Assembly: GCA_029210695.1 (NCBI GenBank)
Contig: JARGFH010000001.1
Coordinates: 62,001 to 126,000, forward strand
From: Acidimicrobiia bacterium
GTDB lineage: Bacteria; Actinomycetota; Acidimicrobiia; Spongiisociales; JAHEDJ01
Reading direction: 5' to 3'
Length of the DNA stretch: 64,000 nucleotides
The position numbers were made by a program, and so were the translations under genes. Shown in pieces: positions 18,650 through 28,793 of the stretch. Position 1 is the stretch's first letter. Every line of letters begins with the position of its first letter. The notes under the pieces were generated by a model that was given only the letters and a program-made list of their open reading frames with translations, was not told where the DNA came from and searched no databases.

Positions 18650-20779
18650 ATGATCAAAATCCCTATTCTGACGTCCGACGAACTACGCATCCCCGAGCGC
18701 TATTCACTGCTCTACGAGCTCGCCTTCAACCTCTGGTGGACATGGGATCCGGTTGGTCAGGATCTCTGGCGAACCGTCCATCCGGGTTTGTGGACGGAAT
18801 ACCACAATCCGATCGATTTGCTGCGTGCCCTGGACCCCGATATCTGGGCGGCGCTCGACGAATCTGAGACCTTCCACGACCTGTACACCGAGGCAACGCG
18901 CCGCTTCGAGGAGTACATGAACGACCAGGACACCTGGTGGACCAGGGAGCATGAGAAGGCGCTGCCGTCGGGGCCGATCGCCTATCTGTGCGCCGAATAC
19001 GGTATCCACCAATCGCTTCCGATCTATTCCGGCGGGCTCGGCGTCCTGGCCGGCGATCACACGAAGGCGGCATCAGATCTGGGTCTTCCGTTCGTCGGCA
19101 CGGGTTTGCTCTATCGCCGCGGGTACTTCCGTCAGGAAATCGATGCCACCGGAGATCAGCAGCACATGCATCCTCACCTCGACGTCCGCCAGCTGCCGGT
19201 TCGCCAGGTCGCAGGGCCGACCGGCGGCCAGCTCAAGGTCGCAGTCGATTTCCCCGGCCGCCAAGTCCAGGCGGTCGTCTGGCTGCTCCAGGTCGGGGTG
19301 GTACCGATCCTGCTGCTCGATACCGACATCCCCGAGAACGACCCGGCGGACCGGCCGATCACCCACACCCTCTACGTGCGTGGTCGGGAGATGCGCTTCT
19401 GCCAGGAGATGGTCCTCGGCATCGGGTCGGTCAAGGCGCTGGCCTCGCTCGGGATCGAACCGTCGGCCTGGCACGTCAATGAGGGCCATGCGGCCATGTC
19501 GATTCTCGAGCGGCTAAAGGACACGGTTGCGGAAGGTCACAGCCTCGCGGAAGCCGAGGAACTCGTGCGCTCGAACACGGCTTTCACGCTGCACACTCCG
19601 GTGCCGGCCGGGAACGAAGTCTTCGATTTCTCGCTCGTCGAGCGGTATTTCGGCTACTGGCCGGGCCTGGTCGGTTGCGACCTCGGCTATCTGGCCAGGC
19701 TCGGTGCCTCTCAGGAAGGAGAGGATGGACGTTTCGACCTCGGTGCCATGGCCATCAAGATGGCCTCGACGGTGAACGGCGTCAGCCAGCGCCACGCGGG
19801 CATCGTCAACGACGGCTGGGGCCACCTGTTGCGTACCCCTGCCATCGGCGTTACCAACGGCGTGCATACCCCGGGCTGGATCAGCCGGGACCTCGACCGG
19901 CTCCTCACTCGCCATATCAGCGTCAACTGGCGGCACAAGCTGGTCGACGACCCGGGGGCGTTCGACGCTATTCGCAAGATCGACGACGCAGAACTCTGGG
20001 CAGCCCACCTCAGCCAGAAGCGGCTGTTGACCCGTTTTGCCCGCGGTCGGATTCGCGGGCAGTTCGCCCGGCATGGAGCGTCACCGAACGAACTGCGCTC
20101 GATCGAGACCATGTTTCCCAGCGATCGACTCACGATCGGCTTTGCCCGCCGCTTCGCCGGTTACAAACGGTCCACCCTCATGTTCCACAACAAGCCGTGG
20201 CTCCAGGCCATCCTGACCAATCCGGACCGCCCGGTGCAGATCGTGTTTGCCGGCAAGGCACATCCTGCGGACCAATGGGGAAGCGGACTTCTACAGGAAG
20301 TTCACGAGCTGGCCAACACTCCCGAGTTCAAAGGCCACCTCTATGTCCTCGAGGACTACAGCCTCCGGATGGCCCAGTTCCTCGTTCAGGGTGTCGACGT
20401 GTGGTTGAACAACCCGCGCCCGCCGGAGGAGGCGAGCGGCACGTCCGGCATGAAGGCCGCCCTCAACGGTGCCATCAACGTGTCAACGCCGGACGGCTGG
20501 TGGATCGAAGGCCACAACGGCTCGAACGGCTGGGTCTTCGGAAGCGAGCACGGAAACGGCGACCACGCCGCCCAGGACGGCGAAGACGCCGTGGCGCTCT
20601 ATCACACCCTCCAGGATCAGGTGATACCCACGTTCTTCGACCGTGACGACAAGGGCGTCCCCCACGCCTGGGTGGCGATGATGAAGGAATCGATCATCTC
20701 CGTGATCAACGACTTCTCCACTGCGCGAATGGTGTCCGAGTATGCAGAAAGGGTGTATTTGCCGCTGGTGGGTCACTAG
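18650..20779 (+). CDS. glgP: alpha-glucan phosphorylase
   Basis: YSGGLGVLAGDH, NEGHAA, FARRFAGYKR, EASGTSGMKAALNG (PLP lysine). Confidence 0.96.
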   Translation: MIKIPILTSDELRIPERYSLLYELAFNLWWTWDPVGQDLWRTVHPGLWTEYHNPIDLLRALDPDIWAALDESETFHDLYTEATRRFEEYMNDQDTWWTREHEKALPSGPIAYLCAEYGIHQSLPIYSGGLGVLAGDHTKAASDLGLPFVGTGLLYRRGYFRQEIDATGDQQHMHPHLDVRQLPVRQVAGPTGGQLKVAVDFPGRQVQAVVWLLQVGVVPILLLDTDIPENDPADRPITHTLYVRGREMRFCQEMVLGIGSVKALASLGIEPSAWHVNEGHAAMSILERLKDTVAEGHSLAEAEELVRSNTAFTLHTPVPAGNEVFDFSLVERYFGYWPGLVGCDLGYLARLGASQEGEDGRFDLGAMAIKMASTVNGVSQRHAGIVNDGWGHLLRTPAIGVTNGVHTPGWISRDLDRLLTRHISVNWRHKLVDDPGAFDAIRKIDDAELWAAHLSQKRLLTRFARGRIRGQFARHGASPNELRSIETMFPSDRLTIGFARRFAGYKRSTLMFHNKPWLQAILTNPDRPVQIVFAGKAHPADQWGSGLLQEVHELANTPEFKGHLYVLEDYSLRMAQFLVQGVDVWLNNPRPPEEASGTSGMKAALNGAINVSTPDGWWIEGHNGSNGWVFGSEHGNGDHAAQDGEDAVALYHTLQDQVIPTFFDRDDKGVPHAWVAMMKESIISVINDFSTARMVSEYAERVYLPLVGH

Positions 20780-20803
20780 TCGCAGGTCAATAGTCGCGGG
20801 TTG

Positions 20804-20914
20804 CTAGTGGTCCGTCGCGGATTTGGTGACTTGGTCTCCTGCCGGACGATCCCCGCTGTGGCAGGGTTCGTGGCACTGCCTACCCCGGTCATCAAATAGC
20901 AGACAGACCACTAG
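20804..20914. mobile_element. MITE-like element, copy 1 (107-bp net insertion; 111 bp including both CTAG copies)
   Basis: Identical to 27702..27812; imperfect 23-bp terminal inverted repeats (17/23 match); flanked by CTAG at both ends. Confidence 0.9.
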
Positions 20915-21044
20915 TTGCGAGTCGCTTGTTTCCTGCGCCAGCACGTCGGCAGTGGTGGCACCCGGGAGGGCGAATACGGGGCCGGTCAAATCGCCCGCCT
21001 GATCGCTGATCCAGCGAAAGACGGCCCCCGGTAGATCCACCTGC

Positions 21045-22217
21045 TCAGAGACGGTCGAGCGCTTTCCGGAGCCCGCGAACTGCCTGAGCGATCCGGTGTT
21101 CGTTTTCGACGAGGGCGAACCGGACGTACCCCTCCCCCGATGCTCCGAACCCAACGCCGGGGCTGACCGCCACCTTGGCACGTTGCAGAAGGTCGATTGC
21201 AAAGTCGACCGAGCCCAGCTCACGGTAGGGGTCGGGAATCGGGGCCCAAACGAACATGGTTCCCTTCGGTGCTTCGGCTTTCCATCCGGCGCGATTGAGT
21301 CCATCGATGAGGACGTCGCGCCTGCGCTTGTAGATCGCGTTCACCTCGGAGACAAAACCGTCACCTTCATTGAGGGCAATGATCGAGGCGATCTGGATGG
21401 GCTGGAACGTGCCGTAGTCGAGGTAGGACTTGAGCTTCGCCAGAGCCGCCACCATCTCGGCGTTCCCAACGACGAAACCGACCCGCCACCCTGCCATCGA
21501 ATGACCTTTGGTCATTGTGTAGAGTTCGACGCCGACGTCCTTGCCGCCCGGGACCTGAAGCAGACTCGGTGGCGAATAGCCGTCGAAAGCCACATCGGCG
21601 TATGCGAAATCGTTGACGACGAATACGCCGTATTCCTTGGCAAAGGCGACGAGTCTGACGAAAAAGTCCTCGTCGACGCACATGGTGGTGGGGTTATGAG
21701 GGAACGAGACGAGGATCACCCGCGGCCGCGGCCAGGAGTCGTGAAAGGTCGCCTCCATCCGATCGAAGAAATCCTCATCGGCGGAGACCGGCACTTTACG
21801 GACCTCGGCCCCGGCCAGAAGCGGGGCGTAGATGTGGATCGGGTAGCTCGGCTCCGGTACGAGTGCAACATCACCCGGCTGCACGAGCGCCCACATGAGG
21901 TGCGATAGGCCCTCTTTGGCGCCGATCGTGTTGATGACTTCCGTCTCGGGATCGAGTTCGATGCCGAACCGTCGCTGGTAGCGGTCTGCAACGGCTTTGC
22001 GGAGATTCGGTATGCCCCTCGACTGCGAATAGCGGTGGTTGCGAGGATTCTGGGCGGCTTCGATCAGTTTCTGGACCACCACCGGGTTCGTCGGAATATC
22101 GGGATTGCCGAATCCGAGGTCAATGATGTCCTCACCCGCCCGTCGTGCCTCACGTTTGAGGCCGTCAACCTTGGCGAAGACGTACGGCGGCAGGCTGTGT
22201 ATGCGGCGAAATTCCAC
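21045..22217 (-). CDS. class I/II PLP aminotransferase, AlaC-like
   Basis: [60 protein letters not shown]. Confidence 0.92.
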   Translation of the reverse strand: MEFRRIHSLPPYVFAKVDGLKREARRAGEDIIDLGFGNPDIPTNPVVVQKLIEAAQNPRNHRYSQSRGIPNLRKAVADRYQRRFGIELDPETEVINTIGAKEGLSHLMWALVQPGDVALVPEPSYPIHIYAPLLAGAEVRKVPVSADEDFFDRMEATFHDSWPRPRVILVSFPHNPTTMCVDEDFFVRLVAFAKEYGVFVVNDFAYADVAFDGYSPPSLLQVPGGKDVGVELYTMTKGHSMAGWRVGFVVGNAEMVAALAKLKSYLDYGTFQPIQIASIIALNEGDGFVSEVNAIYKRRRDVLIDGLNRAGWKAEAPKGTMFVWAPIPDPYRELGSVDFAIDLLQRAKVAVSPGVGFGASGEGYVRFALVENEHRIAQAVRGLRKALDRL

Positions 22218-22280
22218 TAGTAGTCCCTCCTGACCGCAGCGTACCAACGGTTCGGTGCGATGTCGGGATTCCCATCCTGG

Positions 22281-25200
22281 TCAGGCATGAGCGAGCCGTT
22301 CGAGCGCTACGTCGATCGGCACGGTCGTCATGCCGATCTCGTCGCTCATGCGGCGTGCCTCTTCGATGAGTGCCCGACGCTCAGGATGATCTGCGGGTAG
22401 GAGCAGGGCACCTGCAACGAGCAGGACAACTGCGTTCGGCGGCGAGCTCCAGTGTTCGGACCAACGGCGCCCTTGTTCTCGCAAAGGCTCTAGTTCACCC
22501 GCTTCCAGGCGATCGAGAGCGTCGAACTCCTCTCGGAATGCTCGCACCCAGGTGTCGGCAGGCAGTTCAGACAACCTATCCCGATACTCGGCGATCAGCT
22601 CCGGGTCACCGGAAGTCAGCGCGCAGTTGCGGGCGTAGTAGATGATGATGCCGTGCGCGTAGGGGAACCCACGCGACAACTCGAGTGCCTCGTCGAGACC
22701 GTCGCGGAACCGGCCTTCTGCCCAGGCGATTGTCATCGATGCCCTCTGGATGGCCTGGAGAAGCTGCGGATCGTCCAGGTCGCCGATCAGTTCCCTCGCC
22801 TTGGCCAACTCTTCTTTCGCGAGAGCAACGTCGCCTTGGTTGGCCGAGGCCGATGACCGATACACGTAGTGGTGTGACCACCAGTCGGCGGGGGCATCCG
22901 CGAAGACGGGGTCTTCGGTGATGGTCGCCGGTGCGTTGAAGTCGCCCATGTAGATCCGGTAGGACGCCCAGTTTCCCGCGAAGAATTGGAGGTGGGACTT
23001 GTCTCCGAGACGCCGCGCTTCCTGGTAGCCGGCCTCAGTGGCTGCGATGCTCTCTTGCGGGTCCGGTGATCCATATCCGATGTTGGCGAGTGCGCGGAGT
23101 TTCGTGCCGACGAGACCGTTTACCTCGGCGATCTTGAGTGCCTCGCGGAGCAGCGCCATGGACTCGCGCGGTCGCCCTTGGTTCGAGAGGGCAGTTCCCC
23201 TCGTGATCATCGATTGTGCGGCAACCTCGTCGAGATCGAGCAGGTCGGCAGCCCGCATGGCCACCAGAGCCGTCGCCGCCGCGTCGCCTTCGCCGGCCAG
23301 CATCTGTCCCCGCGCCAGGGCCATGTAGGCCCTGGTCAGTCCCTCGTCGCCTTCAGGGTCCGGGTGGTCGGCCAGGTAGGGCGCCAGGACTTCAACCGCG
23401 CGTTTGGAACGGTTACTCACGTTGTAGGCCGTACCGAGCAGGCTCATTGCTCGCGCCTCCGTGCTTTGGTCGCCGAGTTCCTGGGCGGCTTCGATGGAGC
23501 GCCGCGCATAGGCCTCGCACTCCTCGTACCGAGCGAGATGCTCGGCTGCAGCTGCGGCTCGCTCGAGGAACGGCAGTAGATCGCCAGGTCCGGTGAAGAA
23601 CTCTTCCGCCTGCTTCGCCAGGCCGAGGCACTGGTCCCAGGCGTTGAGATCATCAGCTCTGTCGATTGCGTCGAGTAGGGCAGCCTTCGCTCGATCACCA
23701 AGTCTCTCAGCATCTTTCGAGTCGGGAGTAGCCCGGAGGGTCTCAACGAGATGGAACGCCACCAGCCCTGCCAGCTCATCATCCTCCAGAGAGGCGAAGA
23801 AGTCGGCGACCTTGAGGTGACGTGCACGACGGACTTCTCGTGAAATGCGGGCGTGGGCAACCTCCCGGATGAGGCCCTGCACGAACCGATACTGACCGCG
23901 CTCAGGTGAACGGGGGTCGCGGACAATTTCCAGCAACTCGTGTCGGACCAGAGGTTCGAGTCCGGACTCGAGGTCCTCTTTGGTCTGATCGGTTAGGAAC
24001 GCCAGGCCTTCCAGACTGAATGAATGACCCATTACGGCTGCGTCCTGCAGCAGGAACCGATGAGCTTCGGCTAGTCGATCGAGGCGAGCTCCGATCACCG
24101 CACTCACAGACTCGGGCACAGCGAGGTCGGTGAGATCGCTGGTGATCTCGAACGTACCGTCGCTTTGCTGGGAGATGACGCCTTGTCCGAGCAGCATGCG
24201 GACGAATTCAACTGCGTACATGGGAACGCCGCCCGACCGTTCGACCACCCCGACGAGTGTCTCCTCTGGGATGCCGGGAACGAGCCCGGAGACGAGCGCC
24301 CCCATATCATCATCGCTGAGTGGGCTGAGATTGAGGGAAATGAAACCCCGCTTGCCGGCGCCCCAGGTCGGCCGTCGATCGAGCAGATCTGCTCGCGCCA
24401 ACGTGATCACGAAGATGGGATGGTCTCGAGACCAATCGGTCATCTCTTCAACGAAGTCCAGCAGAGCCGGGTCGGCCCAGTGGAGATCCTCGAATACGAG
24501 AACCGTCGTTCCCTTGGCGGCAATCCGTTCGAATAGGAGCCGGTAGGCGGCTGCCTGCTCGCTGCCTTCACCGACGTTGCCATCGCGCAGGCCTAGCAAG
24601 GCTTCAATGTGGGGCTCGACCCACCGCTGCTCATCCGGGTCGGGGATGTAGGCGTCGACCATCTCCCGGAGTCGGGTGCGCGATGTGGCGGGATCGTCAG
24701 ATTCTGCGATGCGGGCGCGGTGCCGGACCATCTCACCCACGGCCCAGAAGGCGAGGTTGTCCCCGTAGGCGGGCGAACGACCCTGGTGCCAGTAGATATC
24801 GTGGATGAGACCGTCGATGTACTTCTGGAACTCCCAAACGAGGCGGCTCTTGCCGATCCCCGCCTGGCCGATCACCGAGATGAGGCGGGCCCGCTGCTCG
24901 CGCTCGGCGGCATGGAGCTGGTCTTTGAGCATGCGCAACTCGGGATCGCGGCCTGTAAATGGCGGCTCCAGGCCGTCGTTTCGGAGTGCACCACCGACTT
25001 GGGCGACGATCCGCAAAGCTTTCCAGGCGGGAACCGGCAGCTCTTTGCCCTTCATGTCGAGCGAACCGATGTCTGCGAACTGAATCGAGTCGCCTGCTGC
25101 CCGGTACGTGGTCTCCCCTACGTACACCGTGCCGGGCTCGGCCGATCCTTGCAGCCGGGCGGCTGTGTTGACGAGGTCGCCAATCACCATGCCTTCGGAA

Positions 25201-25748
25201 TTCGTGTCCGACCGCACCGAAGCTTCGCCGGTCAGCACCCCCGCCCTGGCCGCCATTTCGGGAACGCCGGCGTCGGCTCCGAGCTTGGCCACCATGTCGA
25301 CCAGCTCCATGCCGGCACGAACGGCCCGTTCGGCATCATCCTCGTTGGTGGCGACGGCGCCCCAGGCGGCCATGACGGCATCACCGATGAACTTCTCGAC
25401 CACCCCGCCGAAACGTTCGATGATCTCTCTGCTCCGGTCGAAGTAGTCGGAAAGGAATGAACGGACGTCCTCGGCGTCCCGGCCCTCGGAGAACGTTGTG
25501 TAATTGACCAGGTCGACGAAGAGGACCGAGACGATCCGGCGCTCGAGATTGGTATCGGGCCCGGCGGAGGGGGTCGCGGCCGGAGCCGGTGAACCACCTG
25601 CCAGCACCGTGCCGCATTCACCGCAGAACCGATTGCCGGGCGGGTTCTCGGCGCCACAGTTCGAGCAAGCTGCCGCCAGGCTGTTGCCACAATTGCCGCA
25701 GAACTTCTGACGGGCCGGGTTCTCGTGTCCGCAAGTGGGGCAATGCAT
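22281..25748 (-). CDS. double zinc ribbon + class III adenylate/guanylate cyclase + AAA (STAND-type) ATPase + TPR-like protein
   Basis: Four CxxC motifs; VLFVDLVNYT, KFIGDAVMA, GDLVNTAARLQ; GQAGIGKS Walker A; VFEDLHWAD. Confidence 0.92.
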   Translation of the reverse strand: MHCPTCGHENPARQKFCGNCGNSLAAACSNCGAENPPGNRFCGECGTVLAGGSPAPAATPSAGPDTNLERRIVSVLFVDLVNYTTFSEGRDAEDVRSFLSDYFDRSREIIERFGGVVEKFIGDAVMAAWGAVATNEDDAERAVRAGMELVDMVAKLGADAGVPEMAARAGVLTGEASVRSDTNSEGMVIGDLVNTAARLQGSAEPGTVYVGETTYRAAGDSIQFADIGSLDMKGKELPVPAWKALRIVAQVGGALRNDGLEPPFTGRDPELRMLKDQLHAAEREQRARLISVIGQAGIGKSRLVWEFQKYIDGLIHDIYWHQGRSPAYGDNLAFWAVGEMVRHRARIAESDDPATSRTRLREMVDAYIPDPDEQRWVEPHIEALLGLRDGNVGEGSEQAAAYRLLFERIAAKGTTVLVFEDLHWADPALLDFVEEMTDWSRDHPIFVITLARADLLDRRPTWGAGKRGFISLNLSPLSDDDMGALVSGLVPGIPEETLVGVVERSGGVPMYAVEFVRMLLGQGVISQQSDGTFEITSDLTDLAVPESVSAVIGARLDRLAEAHRFLLQDAAVMGHSFSLEGLAFLTDQTKEDLESGLEPLVRHELLEIVRDPRSPERGQYRFVQGLIREVAHARISREVRRARHLKVADFFASLEDDELAGLVAFHLVETLRATPDSKDAERLGDRAKAALLDAIDRADDLNAWDQCLGLAKQAEEFFTGPGDLLPFLERAAAAAEHLARYEECEAYARRSIEAAQELGDQSTEARAMSLLGTAYNVSNRSKRAVEVLAPYLADHPDPEGDEGLTRAYMALARGQMLAGEGDAAATALVAMRAADLLDLDEVAAQSMITRGTALSNQGRPRESMALLREALKIAEVNGLVGTKLRALANIGYGSPDPQESIAATEAGYQEARRLGDKSHLQFFAGNWASYRIYMGDFNAPATITEDPVFADAPADWWSHHYVYRSSASANQGDVALAKEELAKARELIGDLDDPQLLQAIQRASMTIAWAEGRFRDGLDEALELSRGFPYAHGIIIYYARNCALTSGDPELIAEYRDRLSELPADTWVRAFREEFDALDRLEAGELEPLREQGRRWSEHWSSPPNAVVLLVAGALLLPADHPERRALIEEARRMSDEIGMTTVPIDVALERLAHA

Positions 25749-25901
25749 GGTCAGGCCCTCATCATCCCCTCAGTCACGCAATTTCTCCCCTCGAGTGTTC
25801 CACAAGATACGCGACGCGCCGGCGTTATGCACCGACCACGCCCGGAACCCGGCTCGCTGGAGTCGGCCCCGACGATGGATCGCGTGTCCATCGGGCAGGG
25901 T

Positions 25902-26081
25902 TCAGGACTTGATTCTGCGTGGTAGCCCGATGCGCACAGGTACTCCGGATGCGTAGTGCACCGGGGCGCACGACGATTCGGCTGGCTGGTGCAGGAACGT
26001 GGCATCGTCCCACCGCTGCAGCATGACGGCCCGCCGCACGGGACTGGAAGTGGTGAGGGGATAGTCGTTGGCCGTGATCAT
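25902..26081 (-). pseudogene. internally deleted YqjF/DUF2071-like gene remnant (59 aa)
   Basis: MITANDYPLTTSSPVRRAVMLQRWDDATFLH-QPAESSCA-PVHYASGVPVRIGLPRRIKS*: segments resembling the DUF2071 N- and C-termini joined directly. Confidence 0.65.
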
Positions 26082-26116
26082 CTCTCAATATTCGGAATCG
26101 TGACCGCAGCTTCAGT

Positions 26117-27247
26117 TCAGGCGGCCTGAGGCCGCACGTCGCGTAACCTAGCCAGCATCCGGGCGGTTTCGGCCACCGTGGCGAACTGAGCCTGAGTTAT
26201 CGTGCCAACCGGAGTTGACCCTTCCCAGACCACGACAAGCGGCGCAGTCCCTATCTTGTGCAGCAGTCCCGCCGCCGGCTCGTCAGCCTGAACTGCCGGG
26301 TACTCGTCCACCAGTCGGGCAACCGAGCGCACAGACGTCGTCCAACGATCACCGGCCTCCACTGCAGCCAGGGCATCGACCGTCACCACCCCGCCGACCG
26401 ATCCGTCCGGGTCGCCGACCAGATAGAACGGGCGGATCTGCCAGGTCGCATATCTGTCGATGAACGCACCTACGGAGAGCCAATCTCCTTCTACCGGTTC
26501 GGCCGCCGTCATGATGTCACGTGCGGTGACGGCTCCCAGGTCCTTGTTCAGCGACGCGAACTGGATTTCGGCCGTCGCCGCGTTTCTCAGGAACCAGCCG
26601 ATCAACGCTGTCCACAACCCGCCGAATCCGCCGAATACGAGTTGGACCAGGCCCAGTGCGATTAGCGCGGACCCGAAGGTGCGACCCACCTTGCCGGCGG
26701 TTTGCGTTGCCCGTCCCCTATCCCCATGGCGCTTCCACAGCCAGGCGTGCAGGAGACGACCCCCGTCGAGGGGCGCGCCGGGAGTCAAGTTGAAGACCGC
26801 CAATACGATATTGATGAGACCTGCCCATCCAACGATGGCCGCGGGAAGTCCGGTCAGCACGGTGGCGATGCCGTAGAGGCCGGCGCCGAGCAGCACACTG
26901 ATGCCCGGACCAACCCCGGCGATCTCTGCTTCGGCACGGGGGGTTTCAGCCTCGCCCTCGAGCTGGGCGACTCCGCCGAAAGCCCACAGGCTGATGCGTT
27001 CGACTTCGACTCCGTGACGGCGAGCCACGACGGCATGGCCGAGCTCGTGGAGCAATACGCTGCCGAGCAGAGCAGCGGCCGCGATCACCCCTCCCACCAG
27101 ATAGACGGCATCACTCCGGCCGGGAACTGCGGCAGGCAAGAAGCCTCCTGAAGCGGAGAGCGTGATGAGGAAGGCGATCACCAGCACGCTCCAGTTGATT
27201 TCGATTCTGACACCGGCCAGGCGGCCGAGACTGAGATTGTTTCTCAT
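26117..27247 (-). CDS. site-2 protease (M50) with degenerate CBS domains
   Basis: LLHELGHAVVA, IAGVGP, FNLTPGAPLDGGR. Confidence 0.93.
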   Translation of the reverse strand: MRNNLSLGRLAGVRIEINWSVLVIAFLITLSASGGFLPAAVPGRSDAVYLVGGVIAAAALLGSVLLHELGHAVVARRHGVEVERISLWAFGGVAQLEGEAETPRAEAEIAGVGPGISVLLGAGLYGIATVLTGLPAAIVGWAGLINIVLAVFNLTPGAPLDGGRLLHAWLWKRHGDRGRATQTAGKVGRTFGSALIALGLVQLVFGGFGGLWTALIGWFLRNAATAEIQFASLNKDLGAVTARDIMTAAEPVEGDWLSVGAFIDRYATWQIRPFYLVGDPDGSVGGVVTVDALAAVEAGDRWTTSVRSVARLVDEYPAVQADEPAAGLLHKIGTAPLVVVWEGSTPVGTITQAQFATVAETARMLARLRDVRPQAA

Positions 27248-27303
27248 GGGATGACTCCTTTCGGGGTCGGGCGACCGGGCAGTCGCCGGGAGGTGTTGTG
27301 AAA

Positions 27304-27875
27304 TCAGGCGGTAGTAGGACAGGGCTCGAGGAAATCGGACAAAGCCTCTTCCTTGGCCGGGTCGAGAGGTCCACTGGATCGCCAGAGGATGCCGCCCGCT
27401 CGATCGATGAGCAACGTATGAATCGTCGAATCGTCTTCGATACCAAGTGACGCAAGGAACTCGATCTTGTCGATGTAGAGCGTGATCGTGTGTTCACGGA
27501 TGGTCCGGTCGGGAATTCCGGAGCGCATTCCGCTGTCGATGAACCACTGCGAAAGCCGGCCCCTGGATTCGATGACCGGCAACTCGTAGGCAACCAGATT
27601 GGAGTGACGGGCCTGAAGCCGTCTTGCCAAAGGCATCCAGGTATCGACCAACGTCTGATGGTCTCGCCGGAAAGCCAGTATGACGAGGTTCTTCTCGCCT
27701 TCTAGTGGTCCGTCGCGGATTTGGTGACTTGGTCTCCTGCCGGACGATCCCCGCTGTGGCAGGGTTCGTGGCACTGCCTACCCCGGTCATCAAATAGCAG
27801 ACAGACCACTAGGCCCCCCGGAAGGGTGACAGACCTGCGTTCGAGATTCGATCCGGCAACAGTCGGGAAGTGCAT
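27304..27875 (-). pseudogene. conserved hypothetical (ATP10-like / thioredoxin-fold-like) gene disrupted by MITE
   Basis: Removing the 107-bp insert restores one 154-aa ORF, MHFPTVAGSNLERRSVTLPGGLEGEKNLVILAFRRDHQ...; GGAGGAG RBS precedes ATG 27875. The family call is from recalled similarity only. Confidence 0.85.
27702..27812. mobile_element. MITE-like element, copy 2, intragenic
   Basis: Identical to 20804..20914; the CTAG duplication is supported by in-frame restoration of the host gene. Confidence 0.93.
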
Positions 27876-27903
27876 AACTCCTCCATGAGACTCTTCAACT
27901 TGT

Positions 27904-28626
27904 CTACGGAGCCCGCCACCGGTTCGGATGAATGAGTCTCTCGGCCGACTCAGAACCCGACCAAGCGAACGGTCCGGCGAATGGTGTCTGCACTGCCGGG
28001 TCGTCAACGAGCAAATCGAATCTCAGATGTGGGACGGAGGCGGTCATCCCCTGTTTCAGCATTCGGCTCAGCGCCGTTTCGAGGTCCGCATCGGAGAACT
28101 CGAATCCGTCATCCACCAGGCGTTCGGGCAAGACCCTGGTGCTGGAAAGGCCGATGGCCTCGGCCTTCTCGGCGCCAAGCGCGAGCCGCATCGCGAGTTT
28201 CGGTACCGGGAGAACGGCGGGTCGGTGAACTGCACGGACCAGGTGCTCCGCGAACTGCTTCTGACGCACGGGAGAAGTACCAACGAGGTTGACGGGTCCT
28301 TCGAGATCGGATCCGATCAAATGGTCAAAGGCGCGAATGACGTCGGAGAGGGTGATCCAGCTCCACCACTGCCGTTCATCGCCGATAGGTCCGCCGAGTC
28401 CAATTTTGAACAACGGCACGAGCCGCTCCATCAACTGAGCACGCCGCGACAGAACGAGACCGGTGCGTGGATAGACAACGCGGATGCCCGCTTCGGCTGC
28501 CGGTGCCGCGGCCATCTCCCAATCGAAAGTCAACGAAGCGAGATAGTCGTCGGTCGGACCGCGCGAAGAGGACTCCGTGAGGATTTCGTCACCCCGATCG
28601 CCGTATATGCCGATCGCCGACTGGGA
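27904..28626 (-). pseudogene. TIGR01777-family (YfcH-like) NAD-dependent epimerase, N-terminally truncated
   Basis: Begins at SQSAIGIYGDRGDEILTE; has LGGPIGDERQWWSWI, GPVNLV, STRVLPERL...GFEF; no N-terminal Rossmann GxxGxxG segment. Confidence 0.8.
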
Positions 28627-28793
28627 TCGACCTGCGAAGTGGGTGACTTTTATGCACAGCACTTCGGTTGTTCTACGTGGCCGCGGACAACCGGGATGAT
28701 GTTCTTTGAACCTTCTCCGAGAGCGACCGGCTCAGGCGCAAGGCCCAATGAGAACGATGTATTCGGCATAGCCGTGGGTCGAGACCCGGGAGT

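Noticed and set aside
20926..21040. Possible N-terminal remnant of a phosphotransferase (MDLPGAVFRWISDQAGDLTGPVFALPGATTADV) on the minus strand
   Set aside because: Too short and the similarity is only impressionistic; needs BLASTX.
20804..27812. Autonomous composite transposon
   Set aside because: No transposase in the window, and each copy has its own CTAG duplication, which indicates independent insertions.
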